64,000 nt of DNA from positions 160,001 to 224,000 of IMG/VR virus record IMGVR_UViG_3300033069_001378; one strand, 5' to 3'. This document shows, piece by piece, positions 30,214 to 39,562 of this stretch. Both the position numbers and the translations under genes were made by a program. Origin of the DNA: a virus (Duplodnaviria > Caudoviricetes). A model generated the notes under the pieces. It saw only the letters and a list, made by a program, of their open reading frames with translations. It had not been told where the DNA came from and made no database searches. Numbering within the stretch: position 1 is the first letter of the stretch; each line of letters begins with the position of its first letter.

Positions 30214-30927
30214 TCAGTTTTTGACGAGGAGTTCGTTTTTGATGAATAATAGATTTTCCCAGTTGTCAACAGACACAACGTCAGAAGCGGTCTTCACTAT
30301 ATTTCCAGGAGCTACGTCACCGTAGAAGATTGAGTATCCAAAGCTATCGAAGAACTTAACGAAGTCATCAATAGAGATACCTGCATCTTTGAATGTGTCA
30401 CCAATCTCAAACTGTCCAGCATTCACGATGCCAGATTGAAAAGTGTTGACGGCTCCTTTTAATGCTTCAAGTTCATGACCTTCAACGTCAATTTTCAAGT
30501 AGTTGATTTGGGTTATGTTGTTTTTGGAAACATAAGAGTCGATCGAAATCAAACTTACTTCAACGGGCACAGGCTGGTCCTCTGGTTTGAACCCTTCATA
30601 TGCCTTTCGATTGTATAAGCTCGCTATGGCAGAGCCGACACTACCTGGGTCATAGAGGTCCATCTTGTGTTCGGACGAGCTTACGCCTACGTTGTTGAGC
30701 GTTACGTTAGGTTGTGTTCCGTATCTCTCGTTGAGTCTTTCAAAGGCTTTTGGATTTGGCTCAAACGAGTGAACAACAAAGTTTGCCTGAACCATCGAGT
30801 TGAGAAGCTCAATGTAGTCTCCTATGTTGGAGCCGACGTCAAATATCACAAAAGGAGACGACTTGTCTGTTTTATGGGTTATGTATTTTACTGCCCTATG
30901 AAGGCATAGATTGTCTTGAGTTATCAT
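30214..30927 (-). CDS. FkbM-family methyltransferase
   Basis: IFDVGSNIG, SFEPNP, YLKIDVEGHELEALKG, QFE. Start moved to 30927. Confidence 0.9.
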   Translation of the reverse strand: MITQDNLCLHRAVKYITHKTDKSSPFVIFDVGSNIGDYIELLNSMVQANFVVHSFEPNPKAFERLNERYGTQPNVTLNNVGVSSSEHKMDLYDPGSVGSAIASLYNRKAYEGFKPEDQPVPVEVSLISIDSYVSKNNITQINYLKIDVEGHELEALKGAVNTFQSGIVNAGQFEIGDTFKDAGISIDDFVKFFDSFGYSIFYGDVAPGNIVKTASDVVSVDNWENLLFIKNELLVKN

Positions 30928-31676
30928 AAACCTCTTAGCCAAGCATCATTCGTGCTTGAATTTCTACGATAGCAGTATAGTGGCAACTTGACTGCGGAGG
31001 TCTTTTGCAAAAGCAAAGTGAACTTCGTATTGAGATCAGAATCCTCTGCTCGTTGTATCCTTAGATTCATATCGGGTGGAACATATCTCATCCCGTCTTG
31101 CCATTTTGATGTTTCAAACATGCAAGCTCCACCATGGACTTCATATTCAGGAGAAGCAACATAATGCCCAATTCCGGGAACAGATCTGGAGTTACGACAA
31201 GAATCATAGGTATGCTTATGGTCCAAAAGCAAACTTCCCAAATTCGATAAATCATACGTTTCATTATAGTGGCTCTCCATATCCTCATCTGTGTGACAGT
31301 GATAAAATCCAACAAGATTGTGGCAGCTTCCTAGTAACTGCATTGCTTTGACCTGCACCTCAATCTTTTGAGACAAGGCTACGTCGTCAGCATCATGAAT
31401 CATAACAAGAGGAGAAGAGACTTTGGAAATGGCTTCATTCAAAACTGCCCACTTTCCCTTGTTCTTGTCGTTCAGGATTGTTGTTATGGACTCATCTTCC
31501 CAACAGATTTCACTTAAGACCTCTTTGGTATATGGATCGGTTGAACCATCATCAATCAAGATGATTTCGAAATTCGAATAAGTCTGTCTTTTGATTGACT
31601 CAATGGACTTCTTCAAATACTTTCCATGGTTGTAGTTCGTTATGATAACGGAAACTTTTGGATCATCACTTGACAT
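30924..31676 (-). CDS. Glycosyltransferase family 2
   Basis: VSVIITNYNHGKYL, IDDGSTD, HDADD, AED. The start could be 31676, 31682 or 31685. Confidence 0.92.
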   Translation of the reverse strand: MSSDDPKVSVIITNYNHGKYLKKSIESIKRQTYSNFEIILIDDGSTDPYTKEVLSEICWEDESITTILNDKNKGKWAVLNEAISKVSSPLVMIHDADDVALSQKIEVQVKAMQLLGSCHNLVGFYHCHTDEDMESHYNETYDLSNLGSLLLDHKHTYDSCRNSRSVPGIGHYVASPEYEVHGGACMFETSKWQDGMRYVPPDMNLRIQRAEDSDLNTKFTLLLQKTSAVKLPLYCYRRNSSTNDAWLRGL

Positions 31677-32538
31677 ATTCATCAAACACTTTCTTTGGAA
31701 TTATGAAATGAGCAGCGTTAACAACAACGTTTTCTCTAATCATTTTGATGAGTTCACTTGTTGACATTTTGGTTCCTCTTAACAAAGCTTCATTCAATTC
31801 TTCTGGAGAGTAGGTGTTTTCGTGCTTGTTTTGGATAACGCCTTGAACTCTGTTGCATGGAAAGTTGAACAATCTTGAAGCCTCGGGATAGCAAGTCAAA
31901 ACCTGTGGGACGGTTCCAGAGAACTTTCTCATTTGGGCAAAATCGTTAAGAGCACCTTCAAGAGTGTTTGGATGCGTGAACTTTTCATCAGGTATCTTTG
32001 TCAAAATCTCGAGAATTTTGCTTGTGTGAAAGACGTTTCCGTCAAGTGACATTGGATATGCAAAGTCACCATCTGCTTCGGTCCATTTCCAGGCACAGTT
32101 CTTGTAAAAGTTTGGAATCTTCTGCTCACGACTTATTGGATAGCAGTAGTTCGTTTGAGAGCTAAGTCTTAATGAGACAGCCAAAACTCCATCAGGATGC
32201 TTTTCAAGCAGCTTGAAAGGTTCATCTTGCAATGACCAGTCATTATAGAAGAAAATATCATCCATTAAGAACATCGTGTATTTGCAATATGGATCAATCG
32301 AATCAAGCGTGTTCTTTTTGAAGTCTGTTTCTTGAACAAATTTTACGTTTTGAAACATAGGTACAACAAGATTCAGATAAGCATTCTCATATGCAATGTT
32401 AGAAGTCTTGAACACAACAGTTACGTTTGCTTCGTCTTTGTCCTTGAAGCATTCTAAAAACGAATGAAGGGCAGACGTAAGCTGCATTGCTCGGTCCTTG
32501 CTATACACGACGACATTGATTGTCTTTGACTTTATCAT
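31666..32538 (-). CDS. Putative GT-A-fold glycosyltransferase-like protein
   Basis: VVVYSKDRAMQL, MFLMDDIFF (xDD), PNTLEG; context within the glycan island. Confidence 0.55.
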   Translation of the reverse strand: MIKSKTINVVVYSKDRAMQLTSALHSFLECFKDKDEANVTVVFKTSNIAYENAYLNLVVPMFQNVKFVQETDFKKNTLDSIDPYCKYTMFLMDDIFFYNDWSLQDEPFKLLEKHPDGVLAVSLRLSSQTNYCYPISREQKIPNFYKNCAWKWTEADGDFAYPMSLDGNVFHTSKILEILTKIPDEKFTHPNTLEGALNDFAQMRKFSGTVPQVLTCYPEASRLFNFPCNRVQGVIQNKHENTYSPEELNEALLRGTKMSTSELIKMIRENVVVNAAHFIIPKKVFDEYVK

Positions 32539-33035
32539 TTTTTCACGTACAGAGTTGCTTTATCAATTGAGTAGATCTTATCGAAACCACGTTCTTCAAG
32601 AAGCTTTTCAATTTCCCTAGAATCGTTTGTGACGCAGATGCCCTTGATTGAAGGGTACTTATCGGTTAGTCCTCCAAGACCCTCTACAATGCTTTTAGAA
32701 TCCACAGAGGCACCTTGAATTGGGTTTACCTTGAGCAGATTGAACGCATCAAGATCAATGTGCATTACGTTTTCGTTAACATAGCTCTCAAGGCGCTTTG
32801 TGAATTGAGCATCTTCGTTACTTAGTTGAAGGGTGACAAACTGATTACGATAGTTCTTTACCGCTGTAGCTGGATAGAGCGTTGAGATCACGGCATTGTT
32901 TGGATGAATCCAAATTACCTTCTTGACGCCGCTAAACTCATAATCAGCAATCTCAGCTTCAATGGCATCGCCGTAATGTATCACTCCGTTAATCTTGCTA
33001 CCTAGAGCATTCGTAATCAATTTCATAGGAATCAT
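32535..33035 (-). CDS. Degenerate FkbM-like methyltransferase paralog
   Basis: GVIHYGDAIEAEIADYEFSGVKKVIWIHPN aligns with YVIHIGAHLGEEAQDYAKYGVKKTFWYEAN of 29541..30200, but SAM-binding residues are altered. Start ATG 33035. Confidence 0.6.
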   Translation of the reverse strand: MIPMKLITNALGSKINGVIHYGDAIEAEIADYEFSGVKKVIWIHPNNAVISTLYPATAVKNYRNQFVTLQLSNEDAQFTKRLESYVNENVMHIDLDAFNLLKVNPIQGASVDSKSIVEGLGGLTDKYPSIKGICVTNDSREIEKLLEERGFDKIYSIDKATLYVKK

Positions 33036-34051
33036 GGTGTCTTGTTCTCCTCTGCCCATTTGACAATCCACTTTGGCATGGGCTTGTTGATGGTCACACT
33101 ATTTGTCTTTGTGCCTGTCCAAGCAGTATGGAAAATATGTCCAGAAGTTTCTGATTCTAACTTGCGTGCCATATCAATCATTTCTTGATCTGTTACGTCA
33201 TTCAGACTCTTGCCTTCAAAGAATGGATTCCAACCTTGTGGTCGCTTGTCTCCGTATAGAGAAATCCAATGTGCATTCCAATACTTGTCATACTTCTTGA
33301 TCTTCTGGTAAACAGACCACCAAGAGTAATGATAAATGGTTGGAAGTTCTGTTGTAACGATATTGAACCATTGCTCGTATGTTTGAGCCGTTGATTCATC
33401 GAGAACAGCATGACGACGAAGAACTTCTACGTCGTTGTTCATGAAGTTTGCAAAAGGAACCACTTGTCCAGAGTCTTCATAGATGTAGTCACAACCGTCT
33501 GTTCCCTGTAGAGCATACAGGAGTCCCGATTGTGGATCTAGCTTTCTTAGATTGGCAGGAATGCCGTGGGTAATGTTCGGATCGTTCTTTGAGATTCTCC
33601 ACTTCCATGGATTAACGTCAATTCGGACCTTTCCAGACGAACCCCAATACTCAACGATTGGAATCGCGACAATTGGAACGCTTTGAAGTTGGTTTAGTTG
33701 TCCAAGAAGATGGTCAATCTTTGGTCTTGCGTTTTCTTCTATGATCTCATCGGAGTCAAGTTGAAACAGAAAATCACCAGAGCATTGAGAACGAGCAATT
33801 GCCTTTAGCTTACCATCCCATATTCCGTGATTTGCCGCAGTCCAGTCGATTTCTGCATATTCATAGACGTTCAAATTTTCAGGAAACTCTCTCACAAGCT
33901 CAAGTAGAGCCTTTGATGTTCCGTCTTCGACAGTTGAAGCATCTATCACAACAACTTCGTCACAGCAATCAAGCATAGACCGAATGGATGCTTCAAATGG
34001 GTAGTTCATTTCTACCGCGTTCTTAACGTATGTGTATCCAGATAGCTTCAT
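33032..34051 (-). CDS. Glycosyltransferase family 2-like
   Basis: YTYVKN, CDEVVVID...DGT, FQLDSDE (DxD), IYHYSW. Confidence 0.8.
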   Translation of the reverse strand: MKLSGYTYVKNAVEMNYPFEASIRSMLDCCDEVVVIDASTVEDGTSKALLELVREFPENLNVYEYAEIDWTAANHGIWDGKLKAIARSQCSGDFLFQLDSDEIIEENARPKIDHLLGQLNQLQSVPIVAIPIVEYWGSSGKVRIDVNPWKWRISKNDPNITHGIPANLRKLDPQSGLLYALQGTDGCDYIYEDSGQVVPFANFMNNDVEVLRRHAVLDESTAQTYEQWFNIVTTELPTIYHYSWWSVYQKIKKYDKYWNAHWISLYGDKRPQGWNPFFEGKSLNDVTDQEMIDMARKLESETSGHIFHTAWTGTKTNSVTINKPMPKWIVKWAEENKTP

Positions 34052-34058
34052 AGTTCTC

Positions 34059-34712
34059 TCACTTTAGTTCCCAAGACTCAAAATAAAATGTGAGCATGAT
34101 TGTTGAAACTTCAATTGTATCATACGCGCATCCAGAAATATCCACAATTGGCATAGAAAGACCCTTCACTGTGGTTGTTGCGAGAACATCGCCAACACCA
34201 TTCAAATGACGGATTTGCATATTTGTGCTTGTACGCTTAACCGAATCAAAGGGATTAAGATTCCAGCGGCGATTATGAACCATTTTGCTCTTAAGCTTCT
34301 CAATCATCTTTCTTGTGTTTGGATTAACTGAATCATAGAGCATTACAACAGCTTCTCCGTATCCAGACAGTCTTGAATGCTCAGATACCTGTACTTCTTT
34401 GACAACGGTTGGATCAATCTCTTCAAGATCCAATACGTAATGACTGGAGATCAATGGTTGAAAGCTCTTTGGTTTCAAAAGAGTACCGATGTTTTCAACT
34501 GTGTTTGGCTTCTTTTCTTCTACCACTTGTTCTGCAACTGGAGCCTGTTCTTGTTCTTCTGCTTGTTGTGGCAAGATTGTCCTTACCAACTCAACAGACA
34601 CTTTGTCTGGTGTCGCTACATATCTCACTTGACCACCAATAGACTTTATCTCGGTGTCTTCTATAGCAGTTGTCTTTTGTTCTTCTTCTTTTATTTTCTT
34701 TGGTCTAGCCAT
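34059..34712 (-). CDS. Hypothetical protein; C-terminal half resembles a T4 gp19-type tail tube fold
   Basis: Charged low-complexity N-terminus, then VMLYDSVNP...LNGVGDVLATTTVKG...YDTIEVSTIMLTFYFE, which recalls the tube-protein pattern. Confidence 0.45.
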   Translation of the reverse strand: MARPKKIKEEEQKTTAIEDTEIKSIGGQVRYVATPDKVSVELVRTILPQQAEEQEQAPVAEQVVEEKKPNTVENIGTLLKPKSFQPLISSHYVLDLEEIDPTVVKEVQVSEHSRLSGYGEAVVMLYDSVNPNTRKMIEKLKSKMVHNRRWNLNPFDSVKRTSTNMQIRHLNGVGDVLATTTVKGLSMPIVDISGCAYDTIEVSTIMLTFYFESWELK

Positions 34713-34715
34713 TCT

Positions 34716-34967
34716 TCAATCCTCTTCCTTTTCATTAGCAAACTTTTCTTTACACGCTGGACAATACGTCTTTGTTATGAGCCCTATCTCAACCGTAATC
34801 CACCCTTTTCCATTTAACTCTTCTGGATACTCAAGAGCAATGAACCTTCTTACCGAGACTTCATTTCCTTTTTTCACACTTAGCATCATTGGTTCAACCA
34901 AGACTGGTGTGGTGAAGGTTCCTTCACAGCATCCATCGCATGAAATTGTAAATGGGAGACTGATCAT
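34716..34967 (-). CDS. Small putative zinc-ribbon protein
   Basis: CDGC...CPAC; ATGA-coupled to the nuclease gene. Confidence 0.65.
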   Translation of the reverse strand: MISLPFTISCDGCCEGTFTTPVLVEPMMLSVKKGNEVSVRRFIALEYPEELNGKGWITVEIGLITKTYCPACKEKFANEKEED

Positions 34968-35938
34968 GTGCAGTATTCCGTGTTGTTATACTTACAGAAC
35001 TTGCACGACATTCTGTTCTTTGAATAGAGTCTCTTGTTCAAGTGCATAAGCATTTTGGTTACGATATCCAAAGCCTTCTCTTCTGTTTTTGGTCCAACGG
35101 ATACCATGACAAGCTCACAGATTGCCTCCGGGTTTGACTTAGGTGGCTTCCTCTTCAAGAGTACAAATCCACAACGAATGTCCTTCATTGGGATATTGTA
35201 GGTCTTTGAAATAAAGTGCTTATACAGAACAAGCTGCAACTGTTTGTTGAAACTTGTCTTCTTCTCAAAAGACCATCCCCAAGAGGTTGTCTTCCAATCC
35301 AAAACGTAATAAATGAACTCGCCCTTCTTCTTTGGGTTTGGCATCTTGATTACACAGTCAACGAAACCCTTAAAGAATCTGTTCTTGATTGAATCGTTTA
35401 CAGATTCGTAAAGCTTAAGCTCTGCTCCGAAGATTTCCCAGTCAGGGAACTGCTCATCCATCCACTTAGGAACGGCATCAAAGATTGGTTCAAAGCTTGA
35501 ATCAAATTCAGATGCTTTGTCTGTGTAGTCCTTATAGATTGAGGCTGCAACTCTTTGCTTGAACTCTACAAGATGCTTCTCTGTCCAGTCTTTCTGGACT
35601 TGCTCTGTGTTAATTGCTACTCGTGAACCCTTTGGTTGGCTTACATAACCTTCCAAAGAATCATGAACAACTTGTCCGAAAAGAGTATGGATACTCTCAG
35701 AGTCAAGATCAATCTTGTCGATGTACTTTAGCTTATGACGCCATTGGCACTCAATCCAGTCGTGCATTTCAGAATATGAAATATGTGGACGACCAGTTGG
35801 AAGAAGATCGGAAACGGGAATGATCTTCTCTTCCTTTGGAGTCACAACTTGTTCAATTTTCAGGTCATCAGCTTTGTCGTCTAAATCATCAATGATGCTC
35901 AAGAGAGCATCCTTGCTACTTGCTTTTTCCTTTTGCAT
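34964..35938 (-). CDS. PD-(D/E)XK nuclease (RecB/Cas4/AddB-like) with Cys cluster
   Basis: HISYS...EC, FGQVVHDSLE, E, KGFVD, VLDWKT, QLVLY, C-terminal CKFC-x7-C. Confidence 0.88.
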   Translation of the reverse strand: MQKEKASSKDALLSIIDDLDDKADDLKIEQVVTPKEEKIIPVSDLLPTGRPHISYSEMHDWIECQWRHKLKYIDKIDLDSESIHTLFGQVVHDSLEGYVSQPKGSRVAINTEQVQKDWTEKHLVEFKQRVAASIYKDYTDKASEFDSSFEPIFDAVPKWMDEQFPDWEIFGAELKLYESVNDSIKNRFFKGFVDCVIKMPNPKKKGEFIYYVLDWKTTSWGWSFEKKTSFNKQLQLVLYKHFISKTYNIPMKDIRCGFVLLKRKPPKSNPEAICELVMVSVGPKTEEKALDIVTKMLMHLNKRLYSKNRMSCKFCKYNNTEYCT

Positions 35939-35968
35939 TTTTCATTCTACAACTTTCTTCTTTTCTTA

Positions 35969-35977
35969 TTCTATCAC
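35969..35977 (-). promoter_or_regulatory. Possible extended -10 sigma70-type promoter (TGATAGAAT)
   Basis: TGn-TAGAAT in the 71-bp gap upstream of the nuclease gene; no convincing -35. Confidence 0.3.
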
Positions 35978-36009
35978 AGAGAAGTCTAGAAGAAAACAAG
36001 AATCAAAGC

Positions 36010-36963
36010 TTATTGCACAAGATTTTGTTCGGTTAAGCTTTCCCAAAACGCTTTTGGACGGTCATAGAGGAATTGCAAAAACTTGGATGGGTCCGGTTCT
36101 GTAAACCATGACTCATTTCTCATTTGAACATTTTCGTTAATGTCAAGCTCAAGTCCAAGAACCTTTGCTTCAACAACAAGTCTTGGGCAGGTGTCATATC
36201 CAATTGGATGAAAGACAAGTCCCTTGTACTTGTTAAGCTCTTTCAAGAAATCACGATAAGGGAGTTTTGGAACCACCTTGTATGGCATGTTGTTGGTTTT
36301 GCAATATGTCTCGGTTCCAGCCTGGTTCTTAATCCAAGAAGAACCACCATGAAGAATTGCCCATTCCTTAGCTTCACTCGAATGCTCAAAACTTAACTCA
36401 ACAAGGTAGTCCAAATCTTTTTTGGACCAAGTGCTGTATTGGCACTTTAGATTTGTCCATGTTGCCATGTTTGGAAACTTGGAGATATAAGTGTCCCTTT
36501 GAGTCTCGGACATAAAGTAGACAGACTGTGCTCTTCTGTAGAAAGCTTGAGTCCATTTGCCATAATCCTTGACCTCATGACAATCGCAAAGTTTCTTTTC
36601 TTGAACAAAATGATGATGTTCAGAACGATGCTTGCAATACTTGTAATCGCACTCGACGATTACGTAGTTGCATTTATTCAAAACAAGAGAGGACAGAGCT
36701 TCTCTTTTAGCCAACGAGTAGTTAACCAAAATCCAAAGCTTGTCCTTGTTGTCTTCAACCATCTGATAGGTGAGCGAAGTGCTGTGAATCTTTTGAGACT
36801 TTAGAGGACAAGTCTCATAAAGCGATTCAAGCGTAAGTTCTGCTCCACCTGTGTAATCTTCCAAAAAGAAATCGGACACAAAGATTACCCTTGCGTCCTT
36901 GGAAATCCAAAATTCTCTTGGTATTACAATGCTAGATCCCGTTTGTTGCTGTTGTTGTTCCAT
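36010..36963 (-). CDS. Putative glycosyltransferase (divergent GT-B)
   Basis: IFVSDFF...GGAELT, FMSETQ, DTCPRLVVEAKVLG. Start uncertain; ATG 36963 preferred over the track's 37158. Confidence 0.7.
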   Translation of the reverse strand: MEQQQQQTGSSIVIPREFWISKDARVIFVSDFFLEDYTGGAELTLESLYETCPLKSQKIHSTSLTYQMVEDNKDKLWILVNYSLAKREALSSLVLNKCNYVIVECDYKYCKHRSEHHHFVQEKKLCDCHEVKDYGKWTQAFYRRAQSVYFMSETQRDTYISKFPNMATWTNLKCQYSTWSKKDLDYLVELSFEHSSEAKEWAILHGGSSWIKNQAGTETYCKTNNMPYKVVPKLPYRDFLKELNKYKGLVFHPIGYDTCPRLVVEAKVLGLELDINENVQMRNESWFTEPDPSKFLQFLYDRPKAFWESLTEQNLVQ

Positions 36964-39430
36964 TTGTGGTATTGGTCCCTGCTGCTTGTGCAGCTTGGGC
37001 TTCTGCCTCGGCTTTGTCTTGGCATTCCTTGACATAAGCTGCCCATGCTGTCTTGTACTCTTCATCGAGTTTATCATCAGAAACGTGTCCGGGATAACCC
37101 TCTGCAACACGATAACGGAATCGCATCTTATATTCCTTCTTCTGGTCTTCAAATCCAAAAGGCTTGAAAACGATTTGTGTCTTTAGACGACCAAAATCAT
37201 CTCGTTCCTCGGACTCAGGATCGTACTCAGCATTTCGTCGATAGATGATGTTGAAATGATTCATCGCAAGAGCGTACGAAATATCCTCAAAGGTAATGTA
37301 TTGAAGATTGACGTCAACCTCTGGATCCTCTGTGATAATCTGATTGAACGGACGCCACTTGCGGTCCTTGATTTCACCGTTCCATGGACGGCAAACAAGA
37401 GTATCTCGGTCTGTAAGGCGCTTTAAAACCTCAAGAGCATACGTGTTTGTGGGCTCATCAAGAGTAAGCGTTCCGATAACGTCACCTTCTTGAATCGAAT
37501 CAAAGGCAGCAGCAGTTGCATCAACATCGCGAATGAAAGCAAGATTTCCAAAAGCTTCACCCTCTTCTGGTGTCACCGTATCAATGAAATTTTGGAAGAG
37601 CTTCTCAAGATCAAAATGTCCATTGACAGGCATTCCAAAACGGAAATACTTTGTCTCGTCTGGATGGCGAATGAAATCGCCGTACTTGATTACCACCTCA
37701 TCCTGATAGCCTGGAGGAACGAAGGCATCAGCCTGATCTACATTCTCACCGTAGATAACATGAGGCTTCTCTGTTGTTGATGCCCATGTAGGACGAGTAT
37801 TTTCTGTCGTTGTCTCGTCTGTTGTTGACGGAGCGGGAGCAGCAGTACCCGCAATAGTACCCGCGATTTGCGAAGCAATATTCGCCATCGCGCCTGGAAT
37901 TCCTGCTGGTGTGGTTCCGATTGTAATTGTTGTCGTCATGGATAAGTCTTGCCTTGTTGTTATTGAGGTAGAAACGTTATTTCTTCTGTTAGAATATACC
38001 ATAAGTGAATTTGAATAAACATCCATGTTCTTTTTCTTTGGAATATCGATTATTTTCTCCCAAGCAGGAACGTGAACATTCCATAGATTTCCTTTTGCGG
38101 TTCTTTTGCGTTGAAAGCCAAGCTCTTTAAGTCTTTCTGCAAGGAACTTCTGTGGATATCGGAAGAAACCATGCAATCCATGGTACTCTTTAATGTACGC
38201 ATCTCTCATTTCATGTATTTTGCTGATTGGAAGAAATACGTCTTGACCATTTTCGTTGCATGTTGTAAGACGACCAAAGAAGTCTTCGTCACATTTCAGA
38301 ATATCAGACTTCTCTTTCTTGGTGAACTTCACGTTATGAAGATTCTCTTTCCAAATGAAATAGTTTCTTGCTAGGTCTTTGTGGCTTGTTACCTTGAGAA
38401 CCTTTGGTTTGTTCTTGTGTGCAGAAGAAACAATAGTATGAATCTCTTGCATCTTTATCGATTTATGGTCCTGACAACGAGTTCTGTAATACTTTCCCTT
38501 TTCAACAAGCATCTTTCTGTTGGCACCCATGCTTCTATCGTGTGCAAGCAGTCTATAAATGGTTTGATTCCTGGCACCTTCTGGTATCATATAGCTAGGA
38601 TTGCTTCTCAAAATCTTCTTTAGGTCTTTGATTCCGTTTGCTAGCGGAGGTAGAAGCATTGAGCCCAATGATCTTTTGTTCTTGACACCCTGGAGCTTGT
38701 TCTTGTCACTCTTTTTTATCTTTGGAATCCTTGCACCGTTGGAAGCTACGATGGCTTCTAGGGCACTCTGAGGCAGTTTACGGATGGGTAGGTGAAATCC
38801 TTGATTATGCTCTTTGTCGAAGTCGTATAGGTTTCCAGATTTGTGCAAGCTTCCTGGGACGACTCCATACCCATTAACTCCTCGAATGTCAATTCCTGTT
38901 TCAACCTTTGATACACTGTTATTGTGAATGCCATAAGACTTATCCACCGCATACCAAAGGTGCATTCCACCGGAACCAGTTAGGTATCCAAATGTTTCAA
39001 GAGCTTCTTTGCCATCTTTGTCGAGAACGTTCTTAACAAAAGGAGTATTCCAAGGATCTTTGGAGTCAATATCAACAATGATCAGCACCGTATCAGCTCC
39101 ATGGGTCTTGTCAAGGCTATAGCCACAGATAGCTCCCATGTTGTATCGGTTAACTCTGTCTTCTTTGAAGTCTTTTCTTGAATAGTCAAAGGCTTCTCCA
39201 GTTTTGATCTTGCTAACAAAAAGACCATTTGGGTGTTTTGCTAGAGCATTGCAGTCTTTATGCTTTCTACAAGTACATTCTGAGAGGTTATTGAGTTTTG
39301 GAGCGTGTAACAAAGCAAGAGGAACCTGTCCCTTGAGATTGGTAGACAAGTAATCAAAAAACTGAGCCCTTAGCTCAGTCAGTTGTTTCTTCTTTTTGGT
39401 TGAGAGTTCTTTTTTGTTGATCATCATCAT
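36932..39430 (-). CDS. Bifunctional DNA primase/polymerase (AEP Prim-Pol plus PriCT-like) with an unknown acidic C-terminal region
   Basis: CTC...C..AKHP, NMGAICG, IVDID, TGSGGMHLWY, IDIRGVNGYGVVPGSLHKSGNLY, IPEGARNQTIY. Confidence 0.85.
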   Translation of the reverse strand: MMMINKKELSTKKKKQLTELRAQFFDYLSTNLKGQVPLALLHAPKLNNLSECTCRKHKDCNALAKHPNGLFVSKIKTGEAFDYSRKDFKEDRVNRYNMGAICGYSLDKTHGADTVLIIVDIDSKDPWNTPFVKNVLDKDGKEALETFGYLTGSGGMHLWYAVDKSYGIHNNSVSKVETGIDIRGVNGYGVVPGSLHKSGNLYDFDKEHNQGFHLPIRKLPQSALEAIVASNGARIPKIKKSDKNKLQGVKNKRSLGSMLLPPLANGIKDLKKILRSNPSYMIPEGARNQTIYRLLAHDRSMGANRKMLVEKGKYYRTRCQDHKSIKMQEIHTIVSSAHKNKPKVLKVTSHKDLARNYFIWKENLHNVKFTKKEKSDILKCDEDFFGRLTTCNENGQDVFLPISKIHEMRDAYIKEYHGLHGFFRYPQKFLAERLKELGFQRKRTAKGNLWNVHVPAWEKIIDIPKKKNMDVYSNSLMVYSNRRNNVSTSITTRQDLSMTTTITIGTTPAGIPGAMANIASQIAGTIAGTAAPAPSTTDETTTENTRPTWASTTEKPHVIYGENVDQADAFVPPGYQDEVVIKYGDFIRHPDETKYFRFGMPVNGHFDLEKLFQNFIDTVTPEEGEAFGNLAFIRDVDATAAAFDSIQEGDVIGTLTLDEPTNTYALEVLKRLTDRDTLVCRPWNGEIKDRKWRPFNQIITEDPEVDVNLQYITFEDISYALAMNHFNIIYRRNAEYDPESEERDDFGRLKTQIVFKPFGFEDQKKEYKMRFRYRVAEGYPGHVSDDKLDEEYKTAWAAYVKECQDKAEAEAQAAQAAGTNTTNGTTTATNGI

Positions 39431-39562
39431 GTTCCAATGTCTACACCATTGGAGAATATATGTTTACCACTATGAAGTAACTCATAATAATAGGTTATGC
39501 ATTCATCCAGTTCTCTATCTCTCTTCTATTGTCTTATAAGGTTCCACTGTTAAGAGATATCA

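Noticed and set aside
34964-35938. Cas4 of a CRISPR-Cas system
   Set aside because: No repeat-spacer array or other cas genes seen; standalone PD-(D/E)XK nucleases are common in phages.
14654-36963. Bacterial O-antigen/capsule locus
   Set aside because: No flippase, polymerase, ABC exporter or priming transferase, and it is continuous with phage sigma, baseplate, fibre, nuclease and Prim-Pol genes.
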